DNA from: Gemmatimonadota bacterium
GTDB lineage: Bacteria; Gemmatimonadota; Gemmatimonadetes; Gemmatimonadales; GWC2-71-9
DNA length: 64,000 nucleotides
Assembly: GCA_016720805.1 (NCBI GenBank)
Contig: JADKJZ010000014.1
Span: 516,904 to 580,903, forward strand
Direction: 5' to 3'
Positions 28,010-37,171 of this stretch are shown in pieces (within the stretch, counting starts at the first letter, position 1; every line of letters starts with the position of its first letter). A program made the position numbers and the translations under genes. The notes beneath the pieces were generated by a model, which worked only from the letters and a program-made list of their open reading frames with translations, was not told the DNA's origin and did no database searches.

Positions 28010-29066
28010 CCTGATGCCGTTGGCCCCCGATGCCCGCCGCTGGTTGGACGAAGCGGCCGAGGCGCTGGTCGAGGAGTGGCGCGGCTTTGCCGTCGACGCG
28101 ATTTCGCAGGGTGAGGTGGCCGCGGCCGTGGCCGGCGTCGTCGCGCAGATTGTCGAGGCCGCTGCCGGCCGACCGCGTGCCCCGGAACCCTCCTCGCCGC
28201 TGGATCGCCGCGTGGTGGCGTTGCTTCGACGCCACCTGCTCGAACACGACGAGGCGGTGCCGCCCGGCGGACTCCGTCCCGTGCTGCGGGCGCTCGAACA
28301 GGTGGCGGCGTCGATGGAGCCGCGGTGGACCGAGCGATTCCAGGAACGGATGACCGGCCCGAGCGGCCTCGACCTGGTCGTCGAGGTGGCGCACGACCTG
28401 CGCTCGCCGCTCACGTCGATTCTCTTTCTCGCCGAGATCATGCTCCGCGGCCGGAGCGGGCCGTTGACGCCGCTGCAAGAGCGTCAACTCGGACTGGTCT
28501 ACTCGGCGGCATTCGGGTTGAACGCGGTCGCGAGCGACGTGATCGAACTGGTGCGCGGTGGCGATCGCCTGGTCGGGCGGGAGCCGCAGCCGTTCTCGGT
28601 CGCGGAAGTGCTCGAGTCGGTGCGCGACATCGTCCGTCCCATCGCCGAAGAGAAGGGGTTGGAGCTGCACTTCGAAGGGCCGGGGCGCGACCGTCGGGTC
28701 GGGCACCCCGGAGCCCTGAACCGCGTCCTGCTCAATCTGACCACCAACGCGCTGAAGTTTTCCTCGGCCGGCCACGTCGAGGTGACGTTGACCGACGGGG
28801 CAGGACTGGCGCTGGACTGCACCGTCCGCGACACCGGCCGGGGGATTCCCGAGGCCGCGATGGCGACGCTCTTCGAACCCTTCCGCCGTCGGCAGCAGCC
28901 GGGCGATTACGCCTTCTCCGGTTCGGGCCTCGGCCTCTCGATCTGTCGCAAGCTGGTCGAGGCGATGGGCTCGACGCTTGAAGTCTCCGCCGTCGCGGGC
29001 GAGGGGACCTGTTTTCAGTTCACGCTGCAGTTGCCCGAGGCCGATCCCGCCATGCTGATCGGCTGA
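27990..29066 (+). CDS. Soluble sensor histidine kinase (HisKA + HATPase_c)
   Basis: H-box [13 protein letters not shown]-box [13 protein letters not shown]-boxes DTGRGIP and [13 protein letters not shown]. No TM helix is visible. The start is either GTG at 27990 (20-nt overlap) or ATG at 28014. Confidence 0.85.
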
Positions 29067-29133
29067 GGACCTGCCGCTCCCCCCCGTCCGCTCGTACCTT
29101 TGGGGTCTTGTCCCGACACACCGAGACGATCCC

Positions 29134-30690
29134 GTGATCACCACGCACCTCGCCCATCAGTTCGGCGCTCGCGCCGCCAGGCATCCGACTCGACCCTTCC
29201 TCATCGAGGGGGAGCATCGCCACAGCTGGGGCGAGATCGCCCTTCGCAGTGACGCGCTGGCGCGTGCATTTCGCGGGCAGGGACTCGCCGCCGGCGATCG
29301 GATCGGGATCGACCTGCCCAACGGGACGGAGTGGGTGGTGGCGATGTTGGCCGCAGCCCAGGCAGGACTCACCATCGTCCCGCTCGATCCCGAGCTCGGC
29401 TACCACGAGCTGAAATACCAGTTGCGCCACGCGGAAGTCTCGGCCGTCGTGATCCCCGAGGCACCGACACCCGTCGACTACCTCGAGTTGTTCGACGAGG
29501 TCCTCCCCGAGCTGCCGTCGCTGCACCTGATCGTCTACGCCGGACCGGGGACCCGCTGGTTCGACGATCGTGCCGTCCCGTTCGGCGAGATGCTCGCGCG
29601 CGGCGAACGGCTGCCCGCACTGGCGCCGGGTGACGACGCGGATGCCGCGTTGGCGCTGGTCTACACCTCCGGCACGATGGGGAAGCCGAAAGGCGTGCTG
29701 CTCTCGCATCGCGCGATGGTCGCCTCCGCCGTGGGCACGGCGAGTGCACTCGGCCTCGCCGACGATGACTGCATCCTGCAGGCGCTCCCGCTCTTCCACG
29801 TCTTCGGCCTCTCGGTGCTGCTCACCGCGATCAGCGCCGGCGCGTCGGTGGTGCTGATGCCGCGCTTCGATGCGGCGGGCGCCCTCGCACTGATCGCCAA
29901 CGCCGGGGTCACCCATCTGCCCGGCGTGCCGACGATGTTCGAATTGCTGATGCGCGACCCGGCGTTCGTCACCACGCCGCTCGGTCGCCTGCGCGGCGGC
30001 GTTGTCGCGGGGAGCATGGTGCTCCCGCCACTGGTGGATCGGATTCGCCAGTGGTGCGATGTGGAGATCGCGTATGGCCTCACCGAGGCAGGGCCGACGG
30101 TCACCGCCACTCGGCGGAGCGATCCGCTCGAAAAGCGCCGCACGACGGTCGGGCGTCCGATCGACGGCGTCGAGGTCCGCGTGGTCGACGTCCGGAGCGG
30201 CGTGCTTCACGGTGCCGAGGCGGTGGGTGAATTGGTCGTGAAGGGCACCACGCTGATGGACGGCTATCACCGGATGCCGAACGAGACCGCGCGGACGCTC
30301 ACCCCGGAAGGCTACCTGCTGACGGGGGACCTGGCCCTGCTCGATGAGGACGGCTTCGTGACCATCGTCGCGCGCCGGAAGGAAGTGATCGTGCGGGCGG
30401 GGCAGACGGTGACGCCGCGGGAGTTGGAGGACGTGATCCGCACCCATCCTGGCGTCGAGGAGGTCTGCGTCGTCGGCGTCCCGCACGACGTGCTGGGCGA
30501 GCTGATCTGCGCCTGCGTGGTGCTGTTGGAGGGGGCCGTGGTCACCGGCCCCGATCTGCGCCGCTTCTGCCAGGACCTCCTCTCGGCCACCAAGGTGCCC
30601 GATCTGGTCCGCTTCTTCGACGGTCTCCCGATGACGGCCAGTGGCAAGGTCAAGCGCCAAGAGTTGGCACGGGTGGTCGCGCTCGGCTAG
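29134..30690 (+). CDS. AMP-dependent acyl-CoA/acyl-carrier ligase (exosortase-locus-associated type)
   Basis: AMP-binding motifs [19 protein letters not shown] and TGDL, plus C-terminal SGKVKR. GTG start. Confidence 0.85.
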   Translation: MITTHLAHQFGARAARHPTRPFLIEGEHRHSWGEIALRSDALARAFRGQGLAAGDRIGIDLPNGTEWVVAMLAAAQAGLTIVPLDPELGYHELKYQLRHAEVSAVVIPEAPTPVDYLELFDEVLPELPSLHLIVYAGPGTRWFDDRAVPFGEMLARGERLPALAPGDDADAALALVYTSGTMGKPKGVLLSHRAMVASAVGTASALGLADDDCILQALPLFHVFGLSVLLTAISAGASVVLMPRFDAAGALALIANAGVTHLPGVPTMFELLMRDPAFVTTPLGRLRGGVVAGSMVLPPLVDRIRQWCDVEIAYGLTEAGPTVTATRRSDPLEKRRTTVGRPIDGVEVRVVDVRSGVLHGAEAVGELVVKGTTLMDGYHRMPNETARTLTPEGYLLTGDLALLDEDGFVTIVARRKEVIVRAGQTVTPRELEDVIRTHPGVEEVCVVGVPHDVLGELICACVVLLEGAVVTGPDLRRFCQDLLSATKVPDLVRFFDGLPMTASGKVKRQELARVVALG

Positions 30691-30877
30691 CTTTGAGGGT
30701 CCGACGCGCGGGCGCCATTGGGGCGCCGCACGGACCGCACGCCGTCTCGATCGTTGCCTGCCCCGACCCCATGATGCCCGCCACTCGGCGCGGCGAGGTC
30801 GGGAGGACAAGACCGGGGACGGCCACACACACAGGACCGTCGTGACTTCGCTCCCCGCTTTTCGGGCCGGACGGCAT

Positions 30878-32515
30878 ATGGCCGTACCCGCCCTGCACGC
30901 GCCCAATGCGGCGCTGCTGATCGACTTCGACAATGTGACCCTTGGCGTCCGTTCCGACCTCACCAAGGAACTCCGCACCCTCCTCAACTCCGACATCATC
31001 AAGGGCAAGGTCGCCGTGCAGCGCGCCTATGCCGATTGGCGCCGCTACCCGCAGTACATCGTGCCGCTGTCGGAATCCTCAATCGACCTGATCTTCGCCC
31101 CCGCCTTCGGGACCAACAAGAAGAACGCCACCGACATCCGGCTCGCCGTCGACGCGGTGGAGCTCGTCTTCACGCGTCCGGAGATCGGCACCTTCATTCT
31201 GCTCTCGGGCGACAGCGACTTCTCGTCGCTGGTGCTGAAGCTGAAGGAGTACGGCAAGTACGTCATCGGCGTCGGCATCCGCGAGTCGGCCTCCGACATC
31301 CTGATCCAGAACTGCGACGAGTACTTCTCGTACTCGGACCTCGCAGGCCTGACCAAGGAGAGTGACGCGCCGTCGGCGCAGCGCGATCCCTGGGAGCTGG
31401 TCGTCGAGGCGGTGCAGAAGATGGCGGCGCAGGGCGACGTCATGCGCTCCGATCGCCTGAAGCAGGTCATGCAGCAGATCGACCCGAACTTCGACGAGAG
31501 CAACGCCGGCTTCAATCGCTTCTCCAAGTTCGTCACCGAGGCCGGGGCGCGCGGCTTGATCCAGGTGATCAAGCAGGAGAACGGGCAGTACGACGTCGCG
31601 CCCGGCAAGGGTGTGCCGGCGGCCGCGCCCGTGAAGGAGAGTCGCCCGCCGCGCGGTCGTGGCGGGCGTGGTCCGTCCGCGACGGCAGTCGCCGCGCCGG
31701 CGCCTGCCGTGCGCGCCGCCGAGGCCGCACCGGCCGATGGCAAGTCCGCCGAAGAGCGGGCAGGGCGTCGTCGGGGTCGTGGTCGCGGACGCGGGCGCGG
31801 GAAGGGCGAGGAGGGCGCAACTCCGTCGACCGCCGCGCCGAGTGCCGCGGCACCGTCGGCGCCGTACGTCGCCGAGCCGAGTGGGCTGACGCTCGCCGAA
31901 GCATTCCACCTTCTGGGTCGTGCGCTCGGTGAATTGCCGACGCCGGCCGGTCACGAGGTGGTCCGCGCCCGCATGGCGGCGTTGCACGGCACCGAGGATG
32001 TGCTGCTCGAAGTGCCGCGCTTCTTCAAGCTGCTGCGGCAGGCCAACGACGCCGAAGTCGCCGATGTCCGCTTGCTCGGCGACGATCAGTACGAGGTGTC
32101 GCCGCACCGGATGGAGCTGGCGATGCAACGTCGGTCCGCGCCAGAAGCCAACGCGGCCCCGGTGCTCGACGCCGAAGGCAACGCGGCGCCGCGTCCGGGG
32201 ATCCGATTCCGCGGCGGTGCGCGGACCCCGGCGTCCTCCGGGATGCCGATGGTCGGCGTGATCAACCTCACGCCGGTCGGTGCCGTGACGCTCGAGGCGC
32301 CGGTGACGAAGCCGGTGGCAGAGGCCCCGACCAAGGCGACGAAGCCCGCCAAGGGGACCAAGGCGGAGGCCAAGCCCGCCGCCAAGGTCGCCAAGGCAGC
32401 GGCACCCGCCAAGACGCCCAAGGCTGCAGCCCCCGCCAAGGCGCCGAAGGCTGCGGCCAAGCCCGCTCCCAAGGCGAAGGCGGCGGTGAAGAAGGCGGCA
32501 CCGAAGAAGAAGTAG
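30878..32515 (+). CDS. NYN-domain protein with two OST-HTH/LOTUS-like modules, an RG-rich linker and a Lys/Ala/Pro-rich basic tail
   Basis: NYN core (LIDFDNV.., KNATDIRLAVDAVE, ILLSGDSDFSSLV). LOTUS-like segments lie at about 31380-31600 and 31880-32100. The linker reads GRRRGRGRGRGRGKG. The tail reads KPAAKVAKAAAPAKTPKAAAPAKAPKAAAKPAPKAKAAVKKAAPKKK. Confidence 0.75.
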   Translation: MAVPALHAPNAALLIDFDNVTLGVRSDLTKELRTLLNSDIIKGKVAVQRAYADWRRYPQYIVPLSESSIDLIFAPAFGTNKKNATDIRLAVDAVELVFTRPEIGTFILLSGDSDFSSLVLKLKEYGKYVIGVGIRESASDILIQNCDEYFSYSDLAGLTKESDAPSAQRDPWELVVEAVQKMAAQGDVMRSDRLKQVMQQIDPNFDESNAGFNRFSKFVTEAGARGLIQVIKQENGQYDVAPGKGVPAAAPVKESRPPRGRGGRGPSATAVAAPAPAVRAAEAAPADGKSAEERAGRRRGRGRGRGRGKGEEGATPSTAAPSAAAPSAPYVAEPSGLTLAEAFHLLGRALGELPTPAGHEVVRARMAALHGTEDVLLEVPRFFKLLRQANDAEVADVRLLGDDQYEVSPHRMELAMQRRSAPEANAAPVLDAEGNAAPRPGIRFRGGARTPASSGMPMVGVINLTPVGAVTLEAPVTKPVAEAPTKATKPAKGTKAEAKPAAKVAKAAAPAKTPKAAAPAKAPKAAAKPAPKAKAAVKKAAPKKK

Positions 32516-32532
32516 CGCGACGGGCAACAGAA

Positions 32533-32610
32533 CGTGAAAGGTGAAACGTGAAAGGTGAAACGGGGGCCAATGTGGGCCTCCGTTTCACCTCTTACGTTTT
32601 ACGCTTCTCG
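32533..32610. repeat. Hairpin element with (SGTGAAA)x4 left arm, a GC inner stem and a degenerate complementary right arm
   Basis: The left side reads CGTGAAA GGTGAAA CGTGAAA GGTGAAA CGGGGGCC, the loop is aatgt, and the right side reads GGGCCTCCG TTTCACC TCTTACG TTTTACG CTTCTCG. It lies between convergent stops at 32515 and 32613. Confidence 0.8.
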
Positions 32611-32612
32611 CC

Positions 32613-33716
32613 CTACCTGCAGCCCAACGCCGTCCTTGCCCCAGGCAGGATCTCGCTCGCCATCTTGGCGGCGCCGGCATCGGTGAAGTGGGAGAAGTCC
32701 GCGAAGTAGGTCGGGGCAGGGAGCCCGTGAAAGGCCTGCCACGGGTCGACGATCGTCACCGCCGAGTCGGCGGCGACCTGCCGGACCCGTGCCGAGGCGG
32801 CGGAGTCGAAGGCGACCAGCGTCGCGCCGGTGGCGCGCGGGTAGAAGCGCTCCCACGCACGGAGCACCGACGCGGGCATCGGCGTGGTGCTGAGGAAGCC
32901 GTTCGCGTGGGTGGCGAGCAGTGGAGTGGCGCCGATCTGACGAATCGTGCCGACCAGGCGACGGAGGTCGTGCTCGAACGCGTCGAGTCGCGCGGCCGGG
33001 AGTGTCGTGAACAACGAATCCGCTGGCAGCTCCCGCCGCAGCGCGGCGATTTCCCGTCGGCGCAGGAAGTCGGCGAGCGGCGGCAACATCGTCTTGAGCT
33101 GGTTGGCGGCGCGCGCGGCGAAGCGGGACGACGGCCGCAGCGGGCGCAACGGTCCGCTGCCGGTCGAGTCCGGCCGTGCGGGCTGCGGCAGCCCGTCCCC
33201 GTCGAGATATTGTGGCGGGGTCGGATAGTAGAGCACGGCCGTGGGATGCAGTGCCGCCAGGCGGAGGCGAAGGTCCTGCTCGACGGTCGGCAGCGACATG
33301 CCGGGGAAGGCGGCGTTCAACACGTCGGCCGGACAGCCCGACGCATGGAGCGAGTCGGCGAGTTGCTTCGGATACTCGCGTTCGGGGGACTCGTAGAGGC
33401 CGAATGATTCCGAGGCGCCGGTGACGATCAGTCGCGGCACCCCGTCGACCGGCTCGGCCCCGCGGGTCCCGACGCTGTTGAAGCGCCACTTCCGGAAGGC
33501 GGTGTTCGGTGCCGGGTGAATGCCCGTCGCGTCACGGATTGCCAGATCGGTGGCGACCTGCAGGGGCGAGCCGATCGGGGTGCGCCAACGGAACCACTCC
33601 TCGACCCGCACCGCGACTTCGGCGGTCACGAGAATGAGGATGAGGAGGACGACCCCGGCCGCCAGGCGGCGCCCTGGCCCCACGCTGGCCTGATTCTCGC
33701 TCGGATCGTCCGTCAT
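32613..33716 (-). CDS. SGNH/GDSL-like hydrolase or acyltransferase partner (AlgJ/AlgX-like role), membrane anchored
   Basis: N-terminal TM (AAGVVLLILILVTAEVAV). Block I-like motif VTGASESFG. C-terminal DFSHFT (D-x-x-H). Divergent from an MBOAT gene. Confidence 0.55.
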   Translation of the reverse strand: MTDDPSENQASVGPGRRLAAGVVLLILILVTAEVAVRVEEWFRWRTPIGSPLQVATDLAIRDATGIHPAPNTAFRKWRFNSVGTRGAEPVDGVPRLIVTGASESFGLYESPEREYPKQLADSLHASGCPADVLNAAFPGMSLPTVEQDLRLRLAALHPTAVLYYPTPPQYLDGDGLPQPARPDSTGSGPLRPLRPSSRFAARAANQLKTMLPPLADFLRRREIAALRRELPADSLFTTLPAARLDAFEHDLRRLVGTIRQIGATPLLATHANGFLSTTPMPASVLRAWERFYPRATGATLVAFDSAASARVRQVAADSAVTIVDPWQAFHGLPAPTYFADFSHFTDAGAAKMASEILPGARTALGCR

Positions 33717-33760
33717 TCGACCGACCCCGGATTCGCCGTCACGAACGCCTCGGAGCCGCG

Positions 33761-35152
33761 ATGCTGTTCAACAGTTTCATCTTCCTCTTCGCCTTCCTGC
33801 CAGTCACCTACGTGGTGTTCTGGCTGCTGGGGACGGCCCGCAGTCGCTATGTCTGGCTCACCATCACCGGATATGTCTTCTACGGCTACTGGGACTGGCG
33901 CTTCTGCTTCCTGATGGCCTTCTCGACGCTGGTCAGTTATACGGCCGGACTCGGGATGCTCCGCTTCGATGCCGACCCGCGCAAGCGGAAGCTCTGCCTG
34001 ATTGTCCCGATCACGGTCGACCTGGCGCTGCTCGGCTTCTTCAAATATGCAAACTTCGGGCTCGGCGCGTTCCGGGACGCGATGCACGCCACCGGCCTCG
34101 ACGTCTCGGTCCCCCATCTCGACGTGATCCTCCCGATCGGCATCTCCTTCTACACCTTCCACACCATCAGCTACATCGTCGATGCCTATCGGCGCCAGAT
34201 CACCCCGACGAGGAACCTCTGGGAGTTCGCGTCGTACGTCTCCCTCTTCTCGCAGCTGGTCGCCGGACCGATTGTCCGCTTCCGGCAGATCGAGGCAGAC
34301 CTCGAGGCGCTCGGCACCGCGAGCCGGACCCACTGGCTCCGGACCGGCGTGTCGATCTTCGTGGTCGGGCTGGTCGAGAAGGTGATCCTCGCCGACACCC
34401 TGGCCGCGTTCGTCGACCCGGTGCTGGCGCAGTGGGGCACGGCCTCGACCGGCGCCATCTGGCTCGCGATGCTCGGCTACACCTTTCAGCTCTACTTCGA
34501 CTTCTGCGGCTACAGCAGCATGGCCGTCGGCCTCGGCTACATGTTCGGCCTGCGCATCCCGCGCAACTTCAACTCGCCCTACAAGAGCCTCGACCCGTCG
34601 GAATTCTGGAATCGTTGGCACATCTCGCTCTCGACCTGCATGCGAGACTACCTCTACATCCCCTTCGGCGGCAATCGCGGTGGCACGCTCAAGACCTACC
34701 GCAACCTGCTGCTGACGATGCTCATCGGCGGGCTGTGGCACGGCGCGAACTGGACGTTCATTGTCTGGGGACTCTACCACGGGGTATTGCTCGGCGCCCA
34801 TCGTGCCGCCGGCCGGGGCTGGGATGCCCTGCCGGCGCGCCTTCGCCAGGTCGGCATGGTGTTCGCCGCGCTGATCGGCTGGGTCTTCTTCCGGGCGCTC
34901 GACATGCCGATGGCCATCGGGATGCTGCGGAAGATGTTTTCCCCGGTGGCCGGTGTCTCCGTGCCGCAGGCCTCGTGGGCCGCCGCCGCGGTCGTCATCG
35001 CCGCGATCTGGGGGATGTACGGCCCCAACATCTACGACCTCGATTACCGGCCGCGCTGGTGGAAGAACGCCGTGCTGGCCACCGCGTTCGGCGTGGCGCT
35101 GGCGTTGATTGCGGGGGATCGGAGCAGTCCGTTCCTCTACTTCCAGTTCTAG
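33761..35152 (+). CDS. MBOAT family O-acyltransferase (AlgI/DltB-like)
   Basis: MLFNSFIFLFAFLPV N-terminus. Conserved FWNRWHISLSTCMRDYLYIPFGGNRGG and GLWHGANW motifs. Confidence 0.9.
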   Translation: MLFNSFIFLFAFLPVTYVVFWLLGTARSRYVWLTITGYVFYGYWDWRFCFLMAFSTLVSYTAGLGMLRFDADPRKRKLCLIVPITVDLALLGFFKYANFGLGAFRDAMHATGLDVSVPHLDVILPIGISFYTFHTISYIVDAYRRQITPTRNLWEFASYVSLFSQLVAGPIVRFRQIEADLEALGTASRTHWLRTGVSIFVVGLVEKVILADTLAAFVDPVLAQWGTASTGAIWLAMLGYTFQLYFDFCGYSSMAVGLGYMFGLRIPRNFNSPYKSLDPSEFWNRWHISLSTCMRDYLYIPFGGNRGGTLKTYRNLLLTMLIGGLWHGANWTFIVWGLYHGVLLGAHRAAGRGWDALPARLRQVGMVFAALIGWVFFRALDMPMAIGMLRKMFSPVAGVSVPQASWAAAAVVIAAIWGMYGPNIYDLDYRPRWWKNAVLATAFGVALALIAGDRSSPFLYFQF

Positions 35153-35263
35153 GATGATGGATGATGGATGATGGATGATGGACCAACAGCGAAGGGGAGC
35201 GTCGACTGGGGATCGGCGCTCCCCTTCGCCGTTCGCCCATCCATCATCCATCATCCATCATCC
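35151..35263. repeat. Nested hairpin element: (GGATGAT)x4 ... inner 13-bp GC stem ... (ATCATCC)x3.5
   Basis: Left arm at 35152-35179. The inner stem GCGAAGGGGAGCG (35189-35201) pairs with CGCTCCCCTTCGC (35217-35229). Right arm at 35239-35263. The element lies between convergent stops at 35152 and 35269. Confidence 0.9.
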
Positions 35264-35268
35264 GCCGT

Positions 35269-35907
35269 CTAGTAGCCGCCCGCCTTCACCCCTTCCTTCG
35301 CGCTGCCGAGACCGATGCGAATGCCGCCGTGGAACGAGTAGCTCGCGCCGCGAAGGAGCTTGTCATCGCCCGGAGCGGTATGGATCTGCGCCTGGGCGAA
35401 GGCGGTGAAGCGGTTCCAGCGGCCCTGCACGCCGGCGAGGCCGGTGAGGAAGGCGTAGGCCGACGCGTCCTGCGCGGCACTGAGGAGATCGGCGCGGGTG
35501 AAGGGATCCTGCACGACGGGGTCGACCCGCGGCGAGATCACCTGCATGATGCCGCCGCCGACGCCGAAGTACGGCTCGAGCGGGGCCTTCACCGGGAACG
35601 CCATCAGGACGGCCTGGTAGCGACGGACGTCGTTGAAGATGATCAGGCCGGACTGTTCATCCGAGCCGAGCCCCTCGTCGACGCCGACCATCAGCCCACC
35701 GCGGCGGCCCATGACCAGGATGTGGGCGCCGGCCGACGGCAGGATCTTGGTGTCCTGGGTCCGGGTCTGGATCATCATGGAGCCGGCCTGCAACCCGAGC
35801 TTCCAGGTGTAGGAGTCGTCCCGCTGGGCGGTAGCGCGGCCCGGGGTGACCACGGTCAGGGCCAGGGCGACGAGACAGGCGCCGAACGCCCGCTGGATCT
35901 GCGACAT
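35269..35907 (-). CDS. Outer-membrane beta-barrel protein (small OMP/OmpW-like)
   Basis: ATG at 35907 with GGAGG upstream. Signal peptide MSQIQRAFGACLVALALTVVTPGRATA-Q. Alternating beta-strand pattern with a C-terminal aromatic residue (..KAGGY). Confidence 0.65.
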   Translation of the reverse strand: MSQIQRAFGACLVALALTVVTPGRATAQRDDSYTWKLGLQAGSMMIQTRTQDTKILPSAGAHILVMGRRGGLMVGVDEGLGSDEQSGLIIFNDVRRYQAVLMAFPVKAPLEPYFGVGGGIMQVISPRVDPVVQDPFTRADLLSAAQDASAYAFLTGLAGVQGRWNRFTAFAQAQIHTAPGDDKLLRGASYSFHGGIRIGLGSAKEGVKAGGY

Positions 35908-35943
35908 CAGAATGCCTCCGGTAGGGAATCGACGGTGCAATCA

Positions 35944-35957
35944 GCAAGGAACAGGCC
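35944..35957 (-). promoter_or_regulatory. Possible sigma-54-like site (minus strand CGGCCTGTTCCTTGCT)
   Basis: GG-N10-GC spacing is exact and the -12 element is TTGCT. The -24 element is weaker (CGGCCT). It lies about 37 nt upstream of the OMP ATG. Confidence 0.3.
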
Positions 35958-35965
35958 GATGTGGC

Positions 35966-37171
35966 TCATACCAGCCCCAACTGCCGTCCCACCCGCTCGA
36001 ACGCGGCCAGGGCAGCGTCCAGATCTGCCCGGGTGTGATCCGCCGACAACTGGCAGCGCACTCGGGCGGCCCCCTGTGGCACCACCGGGAAACCGAAGCC
36101 GGTGACGAAGATGCCTTCATCCAGCAGGAGCTCGCTCATCCGGATGGCGGCGGCGGTTTCGCCGAGAATCACGGGGACAATGGGAGTATCGCCCGGAAGC
36201 GGCTGGAAGTGGAGGTCCAGGAGCCGCTGCCGGAAATAGCGGGCATTCTCCCGCAGCCGGGTGACCCGCTCGGGCTCCGCCTCGAGGACCTGGATGGCGG
36301 CCAACGCCGATGCCGCCACGGTCGCCGGGAGGGCGTTGGTAAAGAGCTGCGGCCGAGCGCGTTGCGTGAGGTAATCGCAGAGCGCGGCAGAGCCGGCCAC
36401 GAAGCCGCCCGCGGCCCCGCCGAGCGCCTTGCCGAGGGTCGACGTGATGATGTCCACCTCACCGACCAGTCCGAAATGTTCGGCGGTCCCGCGGCCGGTG
36501 GCGCCGAGGACCCCGGTCGCGTGCGAGTCGTCGATCCAGAGCACTGCGCCATGCTTGCGGCAGACCGCGAGCAATGCCGGGAGGTCGACGATCGTCCCCT
36601 CCATGGAGAAGACGCCGTCGGAGACAACCATCTTGACCTGCTTGTCGGCGGCGGCGGTCAACTTGGCGTCGAGGTCGGCGAAGTCCCCGTGCTTGTAGAC
36701 GCCGGTCTCGCATTTGGTGATCGACTTCGCCAGCCGCAAGCCGTCGATGATCGAGGCGTGGTTGAGCTGGTCGGAGAGGATGATGTCGTCGGCGGTCAGC
36801 ACCGTCGCGGGCAGCGCCTCGTTGGCATTCCAGCAGCTGACGAAGGAGAGCGACGCCTCGGTCCCGACCAGCCGGGCACAGGCTTCCTCGAGGTCGCGGT
36901 GGATGGTGAAGGTGCCGCAGATGAAGCGCACCGAGCCGGTTCCCGCGCCGAAGCGGTCGATCCCCGCCTTGCCGGCGGCCATCACGGTGGGGTGCGCCGC
37001 GAGGCCGAGATAGTTGTTGGAGGAGAGGATCAGCACCTCGCCGCGCCCCTCCATCTGGACCCGGGCGGCCTGCGGCGAGTCGATGTGATTGAGCGTCTTG
37101 TACACGCCGTCGCGGCGGAACTGTGCCAGCGCGTCGGTGAGGCGAGCGTCGAGTGCGGTCGGGGTGCTCAT
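35966..37171 (-). CDS. kbl: Glycine C-acetyltransferase (2-amino-3-ketobutyrate CoA ligase)
   Basis: 401 aa starting at ATG 37171. Alpha-oxoamine synthase motifs (SSNNYLGL, DDSHATG, STLGKALGG). It overlaps the tdh stop by 4 nt, the classic tdh-kbl pairing. Confidence 0.85.
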   Translation of the reverse strand: MSTPTALDARLTDALAQFRRDGVYKTLNHIDSPQAARVQMEGRGEVLILSSNNYLGLAAHPTVMAAGKAGIDRFGAGTGSVRFICGTFTIHRDLEEACARLVGTEASLSFVSCWNANEALPATVLTADDIILSDQLNHASIIDGLRLAKSITKCETGVYKHGDFADLDAKLTAAADKQVKMVVSDGVFSMEGTIVDLPALLAVCRKHGAVLWIDDSHATGVLGATGRGTAEHFGLVGEVDIITSTLGKALGGAAGGFVAGSAALCDYLTQRARPQLFTNALPATVAASALAAIQVLEAEPERVTRLRENARYFRQRLLDLHFQPLPGDTPIVPVILGETAAAIRMSELLLDEGIFVTGFGFPVVPQGAARVRCQLSADHTRADLDAALAAFERVGRQLGLV

